Origin: an uncultured Chloroflexia bacterium
GTDB lineage: Bacteria; Chloroflexota; Dehalococcoidia; DSTF01; JALHUB01
DNA length: 64,000 bases
Assembly (NCBI GenBank): GCA_963726245.1
Contig: CAVSBT010000019.1
Span: forward strand, 32,001 to 96,000
Reading direction: 5' to 3'
Below are positions 41,315 to 51,561 of this stretch, piece by piece (the first letter of the stretch is position 1; the number at the start of each line of letters is the position of its first letter). The notes under the pieces were generated by a model. The model saw only the letters and a list, made by a program, of their open reading frames with translations, was not told the DNA's origin and searched no databases. The position numbers and the translations under genes are program-made.

Positions 41315-41372
41315 GGGCGGAGCTTCAGCTCCGCCCAAGGCGGGGTCGGGCCCGCTGATAGGAGGCCGAGAC

Positions 41373-41834
41373 ATGGCCATGGTCAAGAGAGTCATCTTCC
41401 TCGTCGCTGTCCTTGCGCTGGCGCTCCTGTCTGGCGCGGGCGGCGCCGCTGCTCAGCCTCAGCAGCAAAACCCGCAGATCTATCCACCTCCTACCCCCCT
41501 GCGCATCGTCGACCTCGCCGTCGGATGCGACAACGTTGCGCTCACCTACCCCGACGGCACGTCGGTGAACGTGGTCGTGGGCTCGATCAACCCGCAGGGC
41601 GCCATGTACGCCATCTGGCGGCTCAACTCGAGCCCGCCGACGCCGGGCGTCGGCCCGACCTTCGAGGGCTTCGCGCCCGCGGCTCCCCAGGCGAGCGACC
41701 TGCAAGGGGTGAACTTCCTGGAGGCCGTCTTCCTCTGCGTAAGTGTGCCCGCCGCCATCACGATGCCCGCCGTGCAGCCCTGGCCTTACCCGATCCCCCT
41801 GCCGCAGGCCACGCCGGGTGCGGGATCGCAGTAG
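41373..41834 (+). CDS. Secreted Pro-rich hypothetical protein
   Basis: RBS aggagg; signal peptide ending AAA-Q; two Cys. Confidence 0.7.
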   Translation: MAMVKRVIFLVAVLALALLSGAGGAAAQPQQQNPQIYPPPTPLRIVDLAVGCDNVALTYPDGTSVNVVVGSINPQGAMYAIWRLNSSPPTPGVGPTFEGFAPAAPQASDLQGVNFLEAVFLCVSVPAAITMPAVQPWPYPIPLPQATPGAGSQ

Positions 41835-41948
41835 CGGCGGTTCGCGAACCGCCCCTACACAGGGACGGTTGAGGCCCGGCTATTCGCCGGGCCTCAATGC
41901 CTTCGAAGGAGGAGAACCAGCCCTGGCTCGCGGGCTGGAACGACTTCG

Positions 41949-42338
41949 CTACAGCGAGTTGGAGGTGGGCTGCACTACCTCCCTTATCTTCGCCAAGAGA
42001 GACTTGAAGTCGATCTGCTTGAAGTGGTAGTCGGCGGCGCCGGCCTCGCGGGCGTCACGCCACTCCTCTCGGCTCAGGTAGGAGGTGAGGATTACGACGG
42101 CGCAGTGGTGTCCGTTGCTTGTCAGGCGGCGGCAGAGGTCTAAGCCGCCGCCGTCATCGCGCTTGACGTCCAGCAGGATCACGTCGGGCCGGCGCTCGGC
42201 CAGCCAGAGAGCCGCCTCCTCGGCGCAGCCGGTCGCCCCTACCACCTCGACGGCCTCACAGCGTGACAGCGAGGCCACGAGCTCGCAGCGGACGCGCTCG
42301 TGGTCGTCGACAATCATCACGCGGATCTTGTCCGCCAA
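41949..42338 (-). CDS. Stand-alone receiver (REC) domain response regulator
   Basis: IVDDH, PDVILLD, ILTSY, K; no output domain. Confidence 0.85.
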   Translation of the reverse strand: MADKIRVMIVDDHERVRCELVASLSRCEAVEVVGATGCAEEAALWLAERRPDVILLDVKRDDGGGLDLCRRLTSNGHHCAVVILTSYLSREEWRDAREAGAADYHFKQIDFKSLLAKIREVVQPTSNSL

Positions 42339-42548
42339 CCTCGGGTCCTTTCCGGCCGCCCGGCCTGGGCCTAGGCTTTAGGACAGTATCTCCGAGAAAC
42401 CACAGGGGACATAAGCGCCATAAGACTCGCCTGCGGCGTAAGACAGGCCCGAAAAGCGGGGGCCGAACGGACTGGAAGGGCTAGCCATTCGGTCGCCGCC
42501 GCTTTGCCTGCTGGCGGACGGCGACCGGGGCCACGAGGGAGGCCGAAC

Positions 42549-43223
42549 CTAGGCCTCCTTCTCCTCACCGTTTTTCCGCAGGCCCTTGCGGGCGATGAAG
42601 GCGGCGGCTTCGGCTCGACGGCGCAGGTTCAGCTTGCTGAGGATGCTGCTGACGTAGTTCTTGACCGTCTTATCGCTGAGGAAGATCTCCTCCGCGATCT
42701 CCTTGTTCGTCTTGCCTTCGGCGATGAGGAGAAGGATCTTCTGCTCCTGGTCTGAGAGGCTGGCCAGGCTGTCGTCGGGCCGGCGGCCGCCCAGGCTGCG
42801 CACCCGCTCCAGCACCTTTTGAGTGACAGCCGGGTCCAGCAGAGAGCCGCCGTCGGCCACCGCCTCGATGGCTTCCGCCAGAGCCTGCCCCCGCGTCTGC
42901 TTCAGGAGATAGCCCGCCGCGCCGGCCAGGATCGAGGCGAAGACAGCCTCGTCATCGGCGTAGGACGTGAGCATGATGACCTTGGTATCCGGATACTCCT
43001 GCCGGATCTCGCGACAAGCCTCCACGCCGCTACCGTCGGGCAGCCGCACGTCCATGATCACCACTTCCGGGCGGAGCCGAGACGCTTCCTCGATCGCCGT
43101 GGCGACGGTGCCTGCCTCTCCTACCACGTTGATGCCCTCGCGCCGGTTCAAGAGGGAGCGCAGCCCCTCCCGCACGACTTCGTGGTCGTCCACGATGAGC
43201 ACTCTCAGAGGTCTGTCAGTCAT
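42549..43223 (-). CDS. NarL/LuxR response regulator, DosR/DevR-like
   Basis: VDDHEVVREG, MDVRLPDGSGVEACREI, TNKEIA, KTVKNYVSSILSKL. Confidence 0.93.
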   Translation of the reverse strand: MTDRPLRVLIVDDHEVVREGLRSLLNRREGINVVGEAGTVATAIEEASRLRPEVVIMDVRLPDGSGVEACREIRQEYPDTKVIMLTSYADDEAVFASILAGAAGYLLKQTRGQALAEAIEAVADGGSLLDPAVTQKVLERVRSLGGRRPDDSLASLSDQEQKILLLIAEGKTNKEIAEEIFLSDKTVKNYVSSILSKLNLRRRAEAAAFIARKGLRKNGEEKEA

Positions 43224-45062
43224 TGTTGTCCCTCCATACTACCCATGGGGACCTCCACCACCACAGTTGTGCCCTTCCCGGGGGAGCTCTCCAGCGAGAG
43301 ATGCCCTCCGAGACTCTGGGCCCGCTCCGCCATGTTGCCCAGGCCCCTGTGCTCTGGCTCGGCGCCGCGTCCCGGCGCAAAGCCGATCCCGTTGTCGGAG
43401 ATGGCCAGCCGGAGAAGGCCGTTCCGCGTCGTCACACGCGCCTCTACCGCCGACGCGCGGGCGTGCTTCTGCACGTTGGCCAAGGCTTCCTGTGCTATGT
43501 GGAAGAGATTGCTGACCTGGTCTCCCGTCAGTGTCGCGCTCAGATCCCGGCCGCCGTCCACCACCAGGTTGGCTTCGATGAGGCTGTTGACCCGCAGCTC
43601 CCGGACGAGGGTGGACAGGGCGTCCGTAAAGTCCGAGGACTCGAGGGCGCCGGGGCGCAGGTCAAAGATGTAGTTGCGGATGTCCTTGATAACCTGGTTG
43701 AGGTCGTTGATGGCCTTGTCCAGCCGCGCCCGCACGTCCTGGGGCTGATCGAACACCTCCTCGGTGCACTCCTCCAGGTTCAGGCCCACGGCGTAGATCG
43801 ACTGAATGACGCCGTCGTGCAGGTCCATGCCGATGCGCTGGCGCTCCTCCAGCACCGCCAGGGACTGTACCCGTTCGTAGAGGCCGGCGTTCTCGACGGC
43901 GATGGCCGCCAAATTGGCGAAGGCCTGGAGCAACTGCGCGTCGTGCTCCGAGAAGTGGGTGGGCGTCCGGTTGGCCACGTCAAGGACTCCCAGGAGTTTG
44001 CCCTTGGCAGCGAAGCGGGCCGCGATGAAGGAGATCAGCCCTTCCTCCACGATCTCGGGGATGGGCGGCGCGGTGCGCCGGTCGGTCAGGTAATCCTTGA
44101 TGATGGCAGGGCCTTCCTCTTCTGTCGGCGGCTCAGGCGCGGTCTGGCTGACGGCGATCCGGAGATTGCGAACGGCCGCGGTGCGGAGGCCCACGGACGC
44201 GGCCATGACCAGCTCGTCCCGGCTGGGTGAGAGCAGGGTGAGCATGGCGGTGTCGGTCCTGAGCAGCTCCTGGGCCTGCTGCACCACCGTCTCCAGCAGG
44301 GCGTGCAGGTCGAGGCTGGCGGCCACCTGCTCGCCCAGCTCGAAGACGCTCCTCCACTCCTGGGCGCGGCGCCGCTCCTCCTGGTAGAGGCGCGCGTTCT
44401 CGATGGCCACTGCCGCCTGCGCGGCGAAGAGGGTGACGGCGTCCTGGTCCTGCTGGCTGAACTCGGCGCCGCCTTCCTTCTCCGTCAGGTACAGGTCGCC
44501 GATGGTGCGCCCCTTGTAGACGATGGGAAGACCCAGCAGGGTGCGCATCACGGGATGGTTCGGAGGGAAACCGGCCGATTGGGGATGGGCGCTGATGTCG
44601 GCCAGGCGCAGCGCCAGGCCCTCGCGCATGATGAGGCCTAGCACTCCTTTACCCTCGGGAGGGTGCCCGATGCGCTCTCGCTCTTCGGCGCTGATGCCGG
44701 AGGTGATGAACTCCCGGATCCGGCCCTGCTCGTCGAGAACGCCCAGGGCCCCGTAGCGCGCCTGTGCCACCTGGCGGCTGAGGTCCACCACCTTCTGCAA
44801 GACGGCTTCCAGCGACAGCTCAGAGGTGAGGCTGAAGCTGGCCTCGTTGAGGGCCGCCAGGCGCGCCTGAGCGTCCTCCACGGCCCGAAAGATGAGCCTG
44901 GAGAAGAACACGGCGCCCAGGAGGGTTACGGCAGCCGCCATCAGAGCAGCCAGCCAGGGCGCAGTCAGGGGTTCGACGACGGTCACCGTGACCGCTTCGA
45001 GGGTCAGTAGAAAGGCCGCCGGAATGACGATAGTGGCCCAGCGCAGACGAGAGAACTTACAC
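43220..45062 (-). CDS. Membrane GAF-GAF HisKA_3 sensor kinase, DosS/DosT-like
   Basis: 2 TM; SAGFPPNHPVM (DosS GAF-A heme-His motif); ERQRIGMDLHDGVIQ; EALANVQKHA; DNGIGF. Confidence 0.9.
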
Positions 45063-45147
45063 CTTCCTTCTTGATCGCGCGCGCAGCTTCGCGATGTCAT
45101 TATACAACAGCAGCCGTATCTGAGGCCCCTGGCGCGAGCATCGGGGC

Positions 45148-45214
45148 TAGGCCGAATGGCCCTCGCAGATTGGTACGGACGGCCCTTAAAGTTGGTGAGA
45201 GTTGTCACTAAAGT
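45148..45214. promoter_or_regulatory. Putative DosR/DevR-like binding boxes
   Basis: taggccgaatggccct (45148-63) and ggtacggacggccct (45172-86) resemble the GGGAC-N4-GTCCC Dev box. Confidence 0.45.
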
Positions 45215-45258
45215 GTTGGCATAGCGGTGGGCCCTCAGAAGCCCACTCGCGTAGAAGC

Positions 45259-45335
45259 GTCTCCCTCCCTCCGCGGGTCGGGGCGCCCTTACGGGTTGAC
45301 GTACCGCCGCTGGCCCCGAGGACGCCCCGGCCACA
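45259..45335 (+). ncRNA. Candidate sRNA module, copy 1 (CU-rich tract + long hairpin)
   Basis: gtctccctccctccgc then ggtcggggcg...cgccccggcc stem; paralog at 45465. Confidence 0.55.
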
Positions 45336-45464
45336 ATAAGCGGAGGTTTGACGATACGGCGAGAACGGCTTACAAGAGTAGCAGAGGAGGCTTCGCTAGG
45401 CTGCTACTGAGTTGAACCCCTCGGCTGGATTGGCCGGTTGGCATGGGGTCCGGCTCCCAAACTA

Positions 45465-45544
45465 GTCTCCCTCCCTCCGCTGGTCGGGGTGTTTTCGCGG
45501 GCTGAGCCGCCGCTGGCTCCGAGGACGCCCCGACCACACTTTTT
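45465..45544 (+). ncRNA. Candidate sRNA module, copy 2, ending in a U-tract
   Basis: Same 16-nt tract; 17-bp stem tggtcggggtgttttcg/cgaggacgccccgacca; ttttt; upstream TTGACG-N17-TACAAG (45348-45376). Confidence 0.6.
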
Positions 45545-45550
45545 GCCCCA

Positions 45551-45622
45551 GATTGCGTCAGCGACCCCAACGGCCTCGACGAGGACAACGACGGGACACC
45601 GTGTGAGAGCCTGTGTAGGTGA
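45551..45622 (+). pseudogene. Excalibur Ca-binding domain C-terminal remnant
   Basis: Translates DCVSDPNGLDEDNDGTPCESLCR*, matching D.D.DG..CE. Confidence 0.6.
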
Positions 45623-46021
45623 GCAGCAGGCGGTGTGGCATAGCACACTAAGAGTACATGGTGCCTCAAGGCTGGCCCATATACCCTTCAGAGTCAACCG
45701 CTTCCAGATACGGATGGGGTTTTGGCACCCCACAGGCGGTCAGGGGTAGAAGCGCCCCCGAAGGTTAACGCTGCTTCGCCTATTCACCCTCTCTCTGAGG
45801 CGACAGCGGCTCACCCCCACAATCGAGAGCCCCAGGCCTTGGGGCTGGTGTTGCTGATCCCGTGGACGCCGCTTCCGACGGCACCGATTGTGCGGCCAAG
45901 GGATCGGCTGGCTGGCCTGCACCCTGTGGCAGTGCAGGAAGGAACAGGGTAGACTAAGCCGGATCCTGCGTGGAGCGGGGGATAGGTCTCTGGGCGGCGC
46001 AGGCAAGGGGGGTGTTTGACG

Positions 46022-47342
46022 ATGCTGCCAAGATTCCGACGCGGATTCCTTCTCGCAGCCGTGCTCCTCGTCGCTGGTCTCCTCCTGTTGAGCTGCGGTG
46101 GGGGAGAGAAGGAGGCCGCTGAGACGCCTGTGTCGACAACCGGCACTGAGACGCCGGGCTCTCAGAAAGTGCCGGGTGTGACGGACACGGAGATCTTGAT
46201 TGGGGCCAATTTCCCGCTAAGCCAGTCGCCGGCGTCGGCGTATGCCGTCATCGCCGACGCCATGCGGGCCTACTTCGACTACATCAACTCGCAAGGGGGC
46301 ATCTACGGCCGAAAGATAAGGTTCATTGTTGGGCGATGACCACTACAACCCGGCCGATGCGGTCGAGGTGGTGCGAAAGCTCGTCGAGCAGGACCAGGTT
46401 TTCGCTATCGTCGGTGGCCTCGGCGACCCGACCCAGCTCGCCGTCATAGACTATCTGGAAGAGAAAGGCGTGCCCGACCTCTTCCTGGGCGGCGGCATCG
46501 TGAAGTTCACCGAGCCCGTGGTGAAGACGCGCTTTGCCATGACGTTGGACTACGGGACAGAAGTGAAAGCAATGGTGGACTACCTCAAGAAGAACTATGG
46601 CGGGAAGAGGATGGGCATCATCTATCAGAGCGATACAGCCGGCACCTCCAGCATGGAGATGATGACCGAGGCACTGAAGGACAGCGACATCGAGATCGTC
46701 TCCAGGCAGTCATACGACTTTGTCCAGTGCGACCTCACCGCGCAGATGCAGCGGCTAAAGGCCGACAATCCCGACTTTGTTGACCTCATGGCTAACCCGG
46801 GCGCGGCCGCTAGCGCGATCAAGGTAGCGCGAGAGGTTCTCAATTGGGACGTACCTTTTGTCTCCAGCGCCGTTTCCGCCGTTGAGTTCACGATAGCCCT
46901 GGCGGGCGCCAAGAACGCTGAGGGTACTGTCAGCCTGACCACCGGCAAAATGATATCGGAGACGGACGACGCCGGCGTGCAGCGCCACATCGAGATCATG
47001 AAGCAGTTCGCTCCTAACGTGGCGCCGAGCTCTCTGACCGAGTACGGCATGACTGTCGCCGAACTCTTTGTTCAGGCGCTGAAGAACGCCGGCCCGAACC
47101 TGACCCGGGAGAGCATCGTGGAGGGCGCCGAAAGCATTCGCGACTTCTGCTGCCTCACTTGCGTGGCGCCTGTGAACCTCAGCCCAACCGATCATCGAGC
47201 GTCAGAGACTATGTGGTTCGAAAGGGTCGAGAACGGCAAGTGGGTGCGGTTTGGCGAGCCCGTGAGCTACGAATCGACGCCCGGCAAAGTCGTCGCCTGC
47301 AAGGGCGCGGGAGAGCCCGTTTACGCCGGCGGAGGGGAGTGA
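46022..47342 (+). CDS. Branched-chain amino acid (LivJ/PBP1) type ABC substrate-binding lipoprotein; frameshift near 46330
   Basis: Lipobox LLSC; PGVTDTEI; GGIYGRKI; DDHYNP. Confidence 0.88.
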
Positions 47343-47422
47343 CAGCGGTCGAGGCCGATTCGGCGAACGGTAGAGGTGAGGGAGTGACTGACCGAGCGGC
47401 GAGGGCAAAGGGGTGTGTAACA

Positions 47423-48736
47423 ATGCTACCAAGATTTCGACGTGGATTCCTTCTCGCGGCCATACTGACCGCCGGTCTCCTGGTCTTGAGCTGCGGCGGA
47501 GGGGAGGAGGCCAGCAAGACGCCTGAGGCTACCCAGCCTGCGGGCGCTCAGACGCCGGGCGCGGAGAAGGTGCCGGGCGTAACGGACACCGAGATCATAC
47601 TGGGGGCCCATTTCCCCATCAGCCAGACGCCGGCGGCGGCCTACGCGCCCATCGCCGACGGCTTGCGGGCCTACTTCGAGTACGTCAACTCCCAGGGGGG
47701 CATCTACGGCCGCAAGATCAAGTTCCTGGTGGGAGATGACCACTTCAACCCGGCGGACGCAGTCGAGGTGGTGCGCAAGCTGGTGGAGCAGGACGGCATC
47801 TTCGCCATGGTCTCCGGCCTGGGTGACGCGCCCCACGCCGCCGTCTGGAAGTATCTGGAGGACAACGGCGTCCCTGACATGTTTGTGTCCGGCGGCCTCG
47901 ACAAGTGGACGGACCCGCTGGTAAGGACCCGTTTCCAGGGCAACACAAACTACGGTACCGAGGGGAGGATGCTCGGCAAGTATCTCGTCGAGAACTACGA
48001 CGGGAAGAAGCTTGCCCTGCTGCTGGAGAACGACGAGTTCGGAGATAACGGCAAGGAAGCAATCCTCGAGGGCATAAAGGGCAGCGACATCCAGGTCGTG
48101 GCGGAGGAGAGGTACGAGACCACCCAGTGGGACGTGACCGCCCAGGCGCAGCGGTTGAAGGCGGCCAACCCCGACGTTATCTTCGTCCAGGCCATCCCGC
48201 CGCCCGCCGCCAGTCTGGTCAAGGCAGCCCGCGAGACCCTGAGCTGGGATGTGCCCATCGTGGTCACGGGCGTCGTCCAGACAGACATATTCATCCAGTT
48301 GGCGGGCCCGCAGAACGCGGAGGGTGTGGTCAGCGTGGTTTTCCTTAGGCAAGTCTACCAGACGGATGACCCCGGGATCCAGCGACACATCCAGATCATG
48401 AAGGACTTCGGCCAGGGCGTGGAGGCGTCCAACTTCACCCTCTACGGCGCCGCCATGGGCGAGCTCATGGTGAAATCCCTGGAGAACGCGGGGCCGAACC
48501 TGACCCGGGATAGCCTGACAGACGGCGCCGAGGCCATCCGCGACTGGTGCTGCACATTGTGCCTGACGCCTGTGAACATGAGCCCCACCGACCACCGTCC
48601 CTTTGAGATCGAGGTCTACAACAAGGTGGAGAACGGGAAGTGGGTGCCGTTCGGCGAGCCGGTGAATTTCGAGTCCACGCCGGGCAAGGTCATCAGCTGC
48701 AAGAACGGGGGCGAGCCCGTCTACGCCGGCGGGTGA
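47423..48736 (+). CDS. Paralogous ABC substrate-binding lipoprotein
   Basis: Lipobox VLSC; same motifs as the upstream paralog. Confidence 0.9.
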   Translation: MLPRFRRGFLLAAILTAGLLVLSCGGGEEASKTPEATQPAGAQTPGAEKVPGVTDTEIILGAHFPISQTPAAAYAPIADGLRAYFEYVNSQGGIYGRKIKFLVGDDHFNPADAVEVVRKLVEQDGIFAMVSGLGDAPHAAVWKYLEDNGVPDMFVSGGLDKWTDPLVRTRFQGNTNYGTEGRMLGKYLVENYDGKKLALLLENDEFGDNGKEAILEGIKGSDIQVVAEERYETTQWDVTAQAQRLKAANPDVIFVQAIPPPAASLVKAARETLSWDVPIVVTGVVQTDIFIQLAGPQNAEGVVSVVFLRQVYQTDDPGIQRHIQIMKDFGQGVEASNFTLYGAAMGELMVKSLENAGPNLTRDSLTDGAEAIRDWCCTLCLTPVNMSPTDHRPFEIEVYNKVENGKWVPFGEPVNFESTPGKVISCKNGGEPVYAGG

Positions 48737-48962
48737 TGCCGGCTAAGGTGGCGGGCGGACTTCCCAGGGTAGCTTCAGACGAAGTGCCGCGGGGGTGCGA
48801 GGGCTGATGCCTCTCACGATGGGATCGGGCATAAATGACGACTACTATTGCCTCCCCACAGGTCGCATCTTCGGTCCACACAACCTGGATTCAATGGACT
48901 CCCACGCGCAACAGGCGGCACAGTAGCGCCACGCCAGGTGGCGGGCTCGGGCATAGCACACT

Positions 48963-49472
48963 ATGGCGGATGCGCGCGCGGTGGCGCTCCTGGTGCGACA
49001 GGAAGCCTCTACACTCCCCCTCGTCCATGCGGAGGACGACACGGCCGTTCTCGACCTTCTGACGAGCGAGCGTGAAGGCGCCATCGCCGAGGCCAAACGC
49101 TTGCGGAACCGAGATCCACGCCCTGCTGTTGCAGACCGACTTCGAGTACCGTGCCTACCTGCCCACGCTCAAGTCTCAGGCCGCCCTCGACACCCTCGAG
49201 ACCTACAGGGCTGCCGGCAGCAACCCCCTCCAAGCGCAGCGTGCCGCGGCGATACGCAGGCTCACTCAGCGCCTGCGACTAGCGCTGTCGCAGGCCGAGG
49301 AGTTGGCTCGAGCAGATCAAAGACCTCGCCGGGAGGCGCTTTTCGCCTTGACCAACCTGTGCGGTGTCAACCTCATCACCGCCGGGACCTTGGTGGGTAT
49401 TCACGGGCCCGGTGATCGGTTCGCCACTGACGCCCAGCTGGCCGCCTATGCCGGCGTGGCGCCCCTGGAGCA
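48963..49472 (+). mobile_element. IS110-family transposase internal remnant
   Basis: DARAVA, ERE.....RLRN.IHALL, GV..ITAGTL, RFATDAQLAAYAGVAP; truncated at both ends. Confidence 0.82.
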
Positions 49473-49503
49473 AATAGTGGGGGCCGCCCTCAGCGGGCGC
49501 ACA

Positions 49504-51238
49504 CTAGTAGCTCCGGTATCGGGTGGCGATGGGCAGGCGGCGGTCGCGGCCGAAGGCGCGAGGGGTGATCTTGACGCCGGGCGGCGCCTGACGGCGCTTG
49601 TACTCGTTGCGGTCCACCATGATCATCACCCGCCGCACCGTCGCCTCGTCGAAGCCCTGAGCCACGATCTCCTCCAGGCTCCTGTCCTCCTCCACGTAGG
49701 CCAGGAGGATGGGGTCCAGGACCTCGTAGGGGGGCAGGCTGTCCAGGTCCAACTGGCCGGGACGTAGCTCGGCGGTCGGCGGCTTGTCGATGACGCTCTG
49801 GGGGATGACCGGGCCGCCATCGCAGCGGTTGCGGTAGTGGGCCAGCTCGTAGACCAGGGTCTTGGGCACGTCCTTGAGGACGGCGAAGCCGCCCGCCATG
49901 TCGCCGTAGAGGGTGGAGTAGCCGGTGGCCATCTCGCTCTTGTTGCCGGTGGTCAGCACCAGCCAGCCGAACTTGTTCGAGATGGCCATCAGAATGTTGC
50001 CCCGGATGCGGGCCTGCAGGTTCTCCTCGGCTATGCCCTCCTCAGTGCCTGCGAAGGGCTCCGCCAGCATTTGGAGCGAGGCGGCGAAAGCCCCCTCGAT
50101 GGGAACCGATAGCAGGCGCAGTGCCGAGGTTGCCGGCCAGGGCGGCGGCGTCGGTGCGGCTCCCCTCCGACGAGTAGCGCGAGGACATGGAGACGCCGAC
50201 CACGTTCTCGGCGCCGAGGGCATCCGCCGCGATCACCGCCACCAGGGTGGAGTCGATCCCGCCGGAGAGTCCCACCAGCACCTTCTCGAAGCCGTTCTTG
50301 CGCACGTAGTCCCGCGTCCCCAGCACCAGGGCGGCGTACACCTCCGCCGCCGGCTCCAGCGGCGTGCACTCGGCAGGCGGCAAGGGGGGCCTCTTGCCGG
50401 TCGCGCGCTTTGGGGACACATCGATAGTGGGCGACAGGCCCGATGCCGCCGCCGACAGCTTGTCCTTGCGTCGCCGGGGGTCATGGAGGCGGACCTGCCG
50501 CACCTCCTCCAGGTTCAGGTCGCAGACCAGAAGCTGCTCCTCGAACTGGCGGCAGCGGGCCAGCAGGTCGCCGCGGGGGTTGAACACCATGCTTCCGCCG
50601 TCGAACACCAGCTCGTCCTGGCCGCCGACCGGGTTGAGGTAGCAGAGGAAGACCGCGTTGTCGCTGGCGCGAGTGGAGAGCATGCGCTCCCGGAAGTCGC
50701 GCTTGCCGGCGTGGAAGGGCGAGGCGGTGATGGTGACGATGACCTCGGCGCCGCCGAAGGCCTCGCTGCGGGCGGGGTCGCCCGGGTACCAGATGTCTTC
50801 GCTGATAGTGAGGCCGACGCCCGCGCCGGCCACCCGGAACACCGGCGACTCTCTGCCGACCTGGAAGTAGCGATTCTCGTCGAAGACGCCGTAGTTGGGG
50901 AGGTACTGCTTACGGTAGACGCCCGCCAGTCGACCGTCATGTATCACGGCGGCGGCGTTGTAGATGTCATCATCCTGGTCCACGAAGCCCACCACCAGAG
51001 TGAGGCCGCTGGTGGCTGCCGCGACCTTCTCCAGGGCCTGCAGGTTGTCGTCGATGAACCGCTGTCGTAGGAGAAGGTCCTCCGGGGGATAGCCCGTGAT
51101 GGCCAGCTCGGGGAAGCAGAGCAGGTCCACCCCCAAGTCGCGGCCGCGCGCCGTGTACTCGAAGATCTTGGCCAAGTTCCCTTCGAGGTCGCCCACGGTA
51201 GGGTTGATCTGAGCCAGACCGACCCGCAGGACTCGCAC
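49504..51238 (-). CDS. nadE: Glutamine-dependent-type NAD+ synthetase; frameshift near 50120
   Basis: [54 protein letters not shown]. Confidence 0.94.
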
Positions 51239-51320
51239 CGGCTTCTCTCCCTTGCCTGCACTCTTTTCGTCATTATCGGTTCCCCTCGAAGGGCGGGTCA
51301 AGCTAGCGAGCCGGGCGGAC

Positions 51321-51561
51321 GTCGTGGCTAGCCTGCCTGTAGGGCTGCCGTGGCTCTCTTCAGGCCGACCCCGCACGCTTGAGTTGCCGCCTCGACGCAC
51401 CACGGGTCATCTTGCCAAGGATGACCCCCTGCTCAACCTCTGCTGGTACCTGGGGCCGACGTTCTCTCCCCTTACGCTTGCGGTTTCGGGCCCAGCCACA
51501 GGGTTTGTGGCGGGCGGCTTCTTCATGGGGCAGCCCTCAGGGGACTGAGTACTGCCACAAC
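51321..51561 (-). ncRNA. Unclassified ~240-nt rod-like structured RNA (6S-like or novel)
   Basis: Nested helices GUUGUGGC/GCCACGAC, AGGGCUGCC/GGCAGCCCU, GUCGGCCCC/GGGGUCGGC, UUGAG/CUCAA, GGGUCAUC/GAUGACCC. Confidence 0.6.

Noticed and set aside
43220-45334. N-terminal extensions of track ORFs (kinase from 45334, dnaG from 5441, SBP from 47159, nadE from 51403, glyA from 60741)
   Set aside because: Better RBS/start pairs and homology begin downstream; the extensions run through promoters or RNA elements
45259-45538. CRISPR array or integron attC sites
   Set aside because: Only two long copies, no regular spacers, no cas or integrase gene, no RYYYAAC/GTTRRRY ends
48740-48960. IS110 bridge RNA upstream of the remnant
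   Set aside because: The transposase N-terminus is deleted, so this DNA is not the native element end, and no two-loop structure is evident
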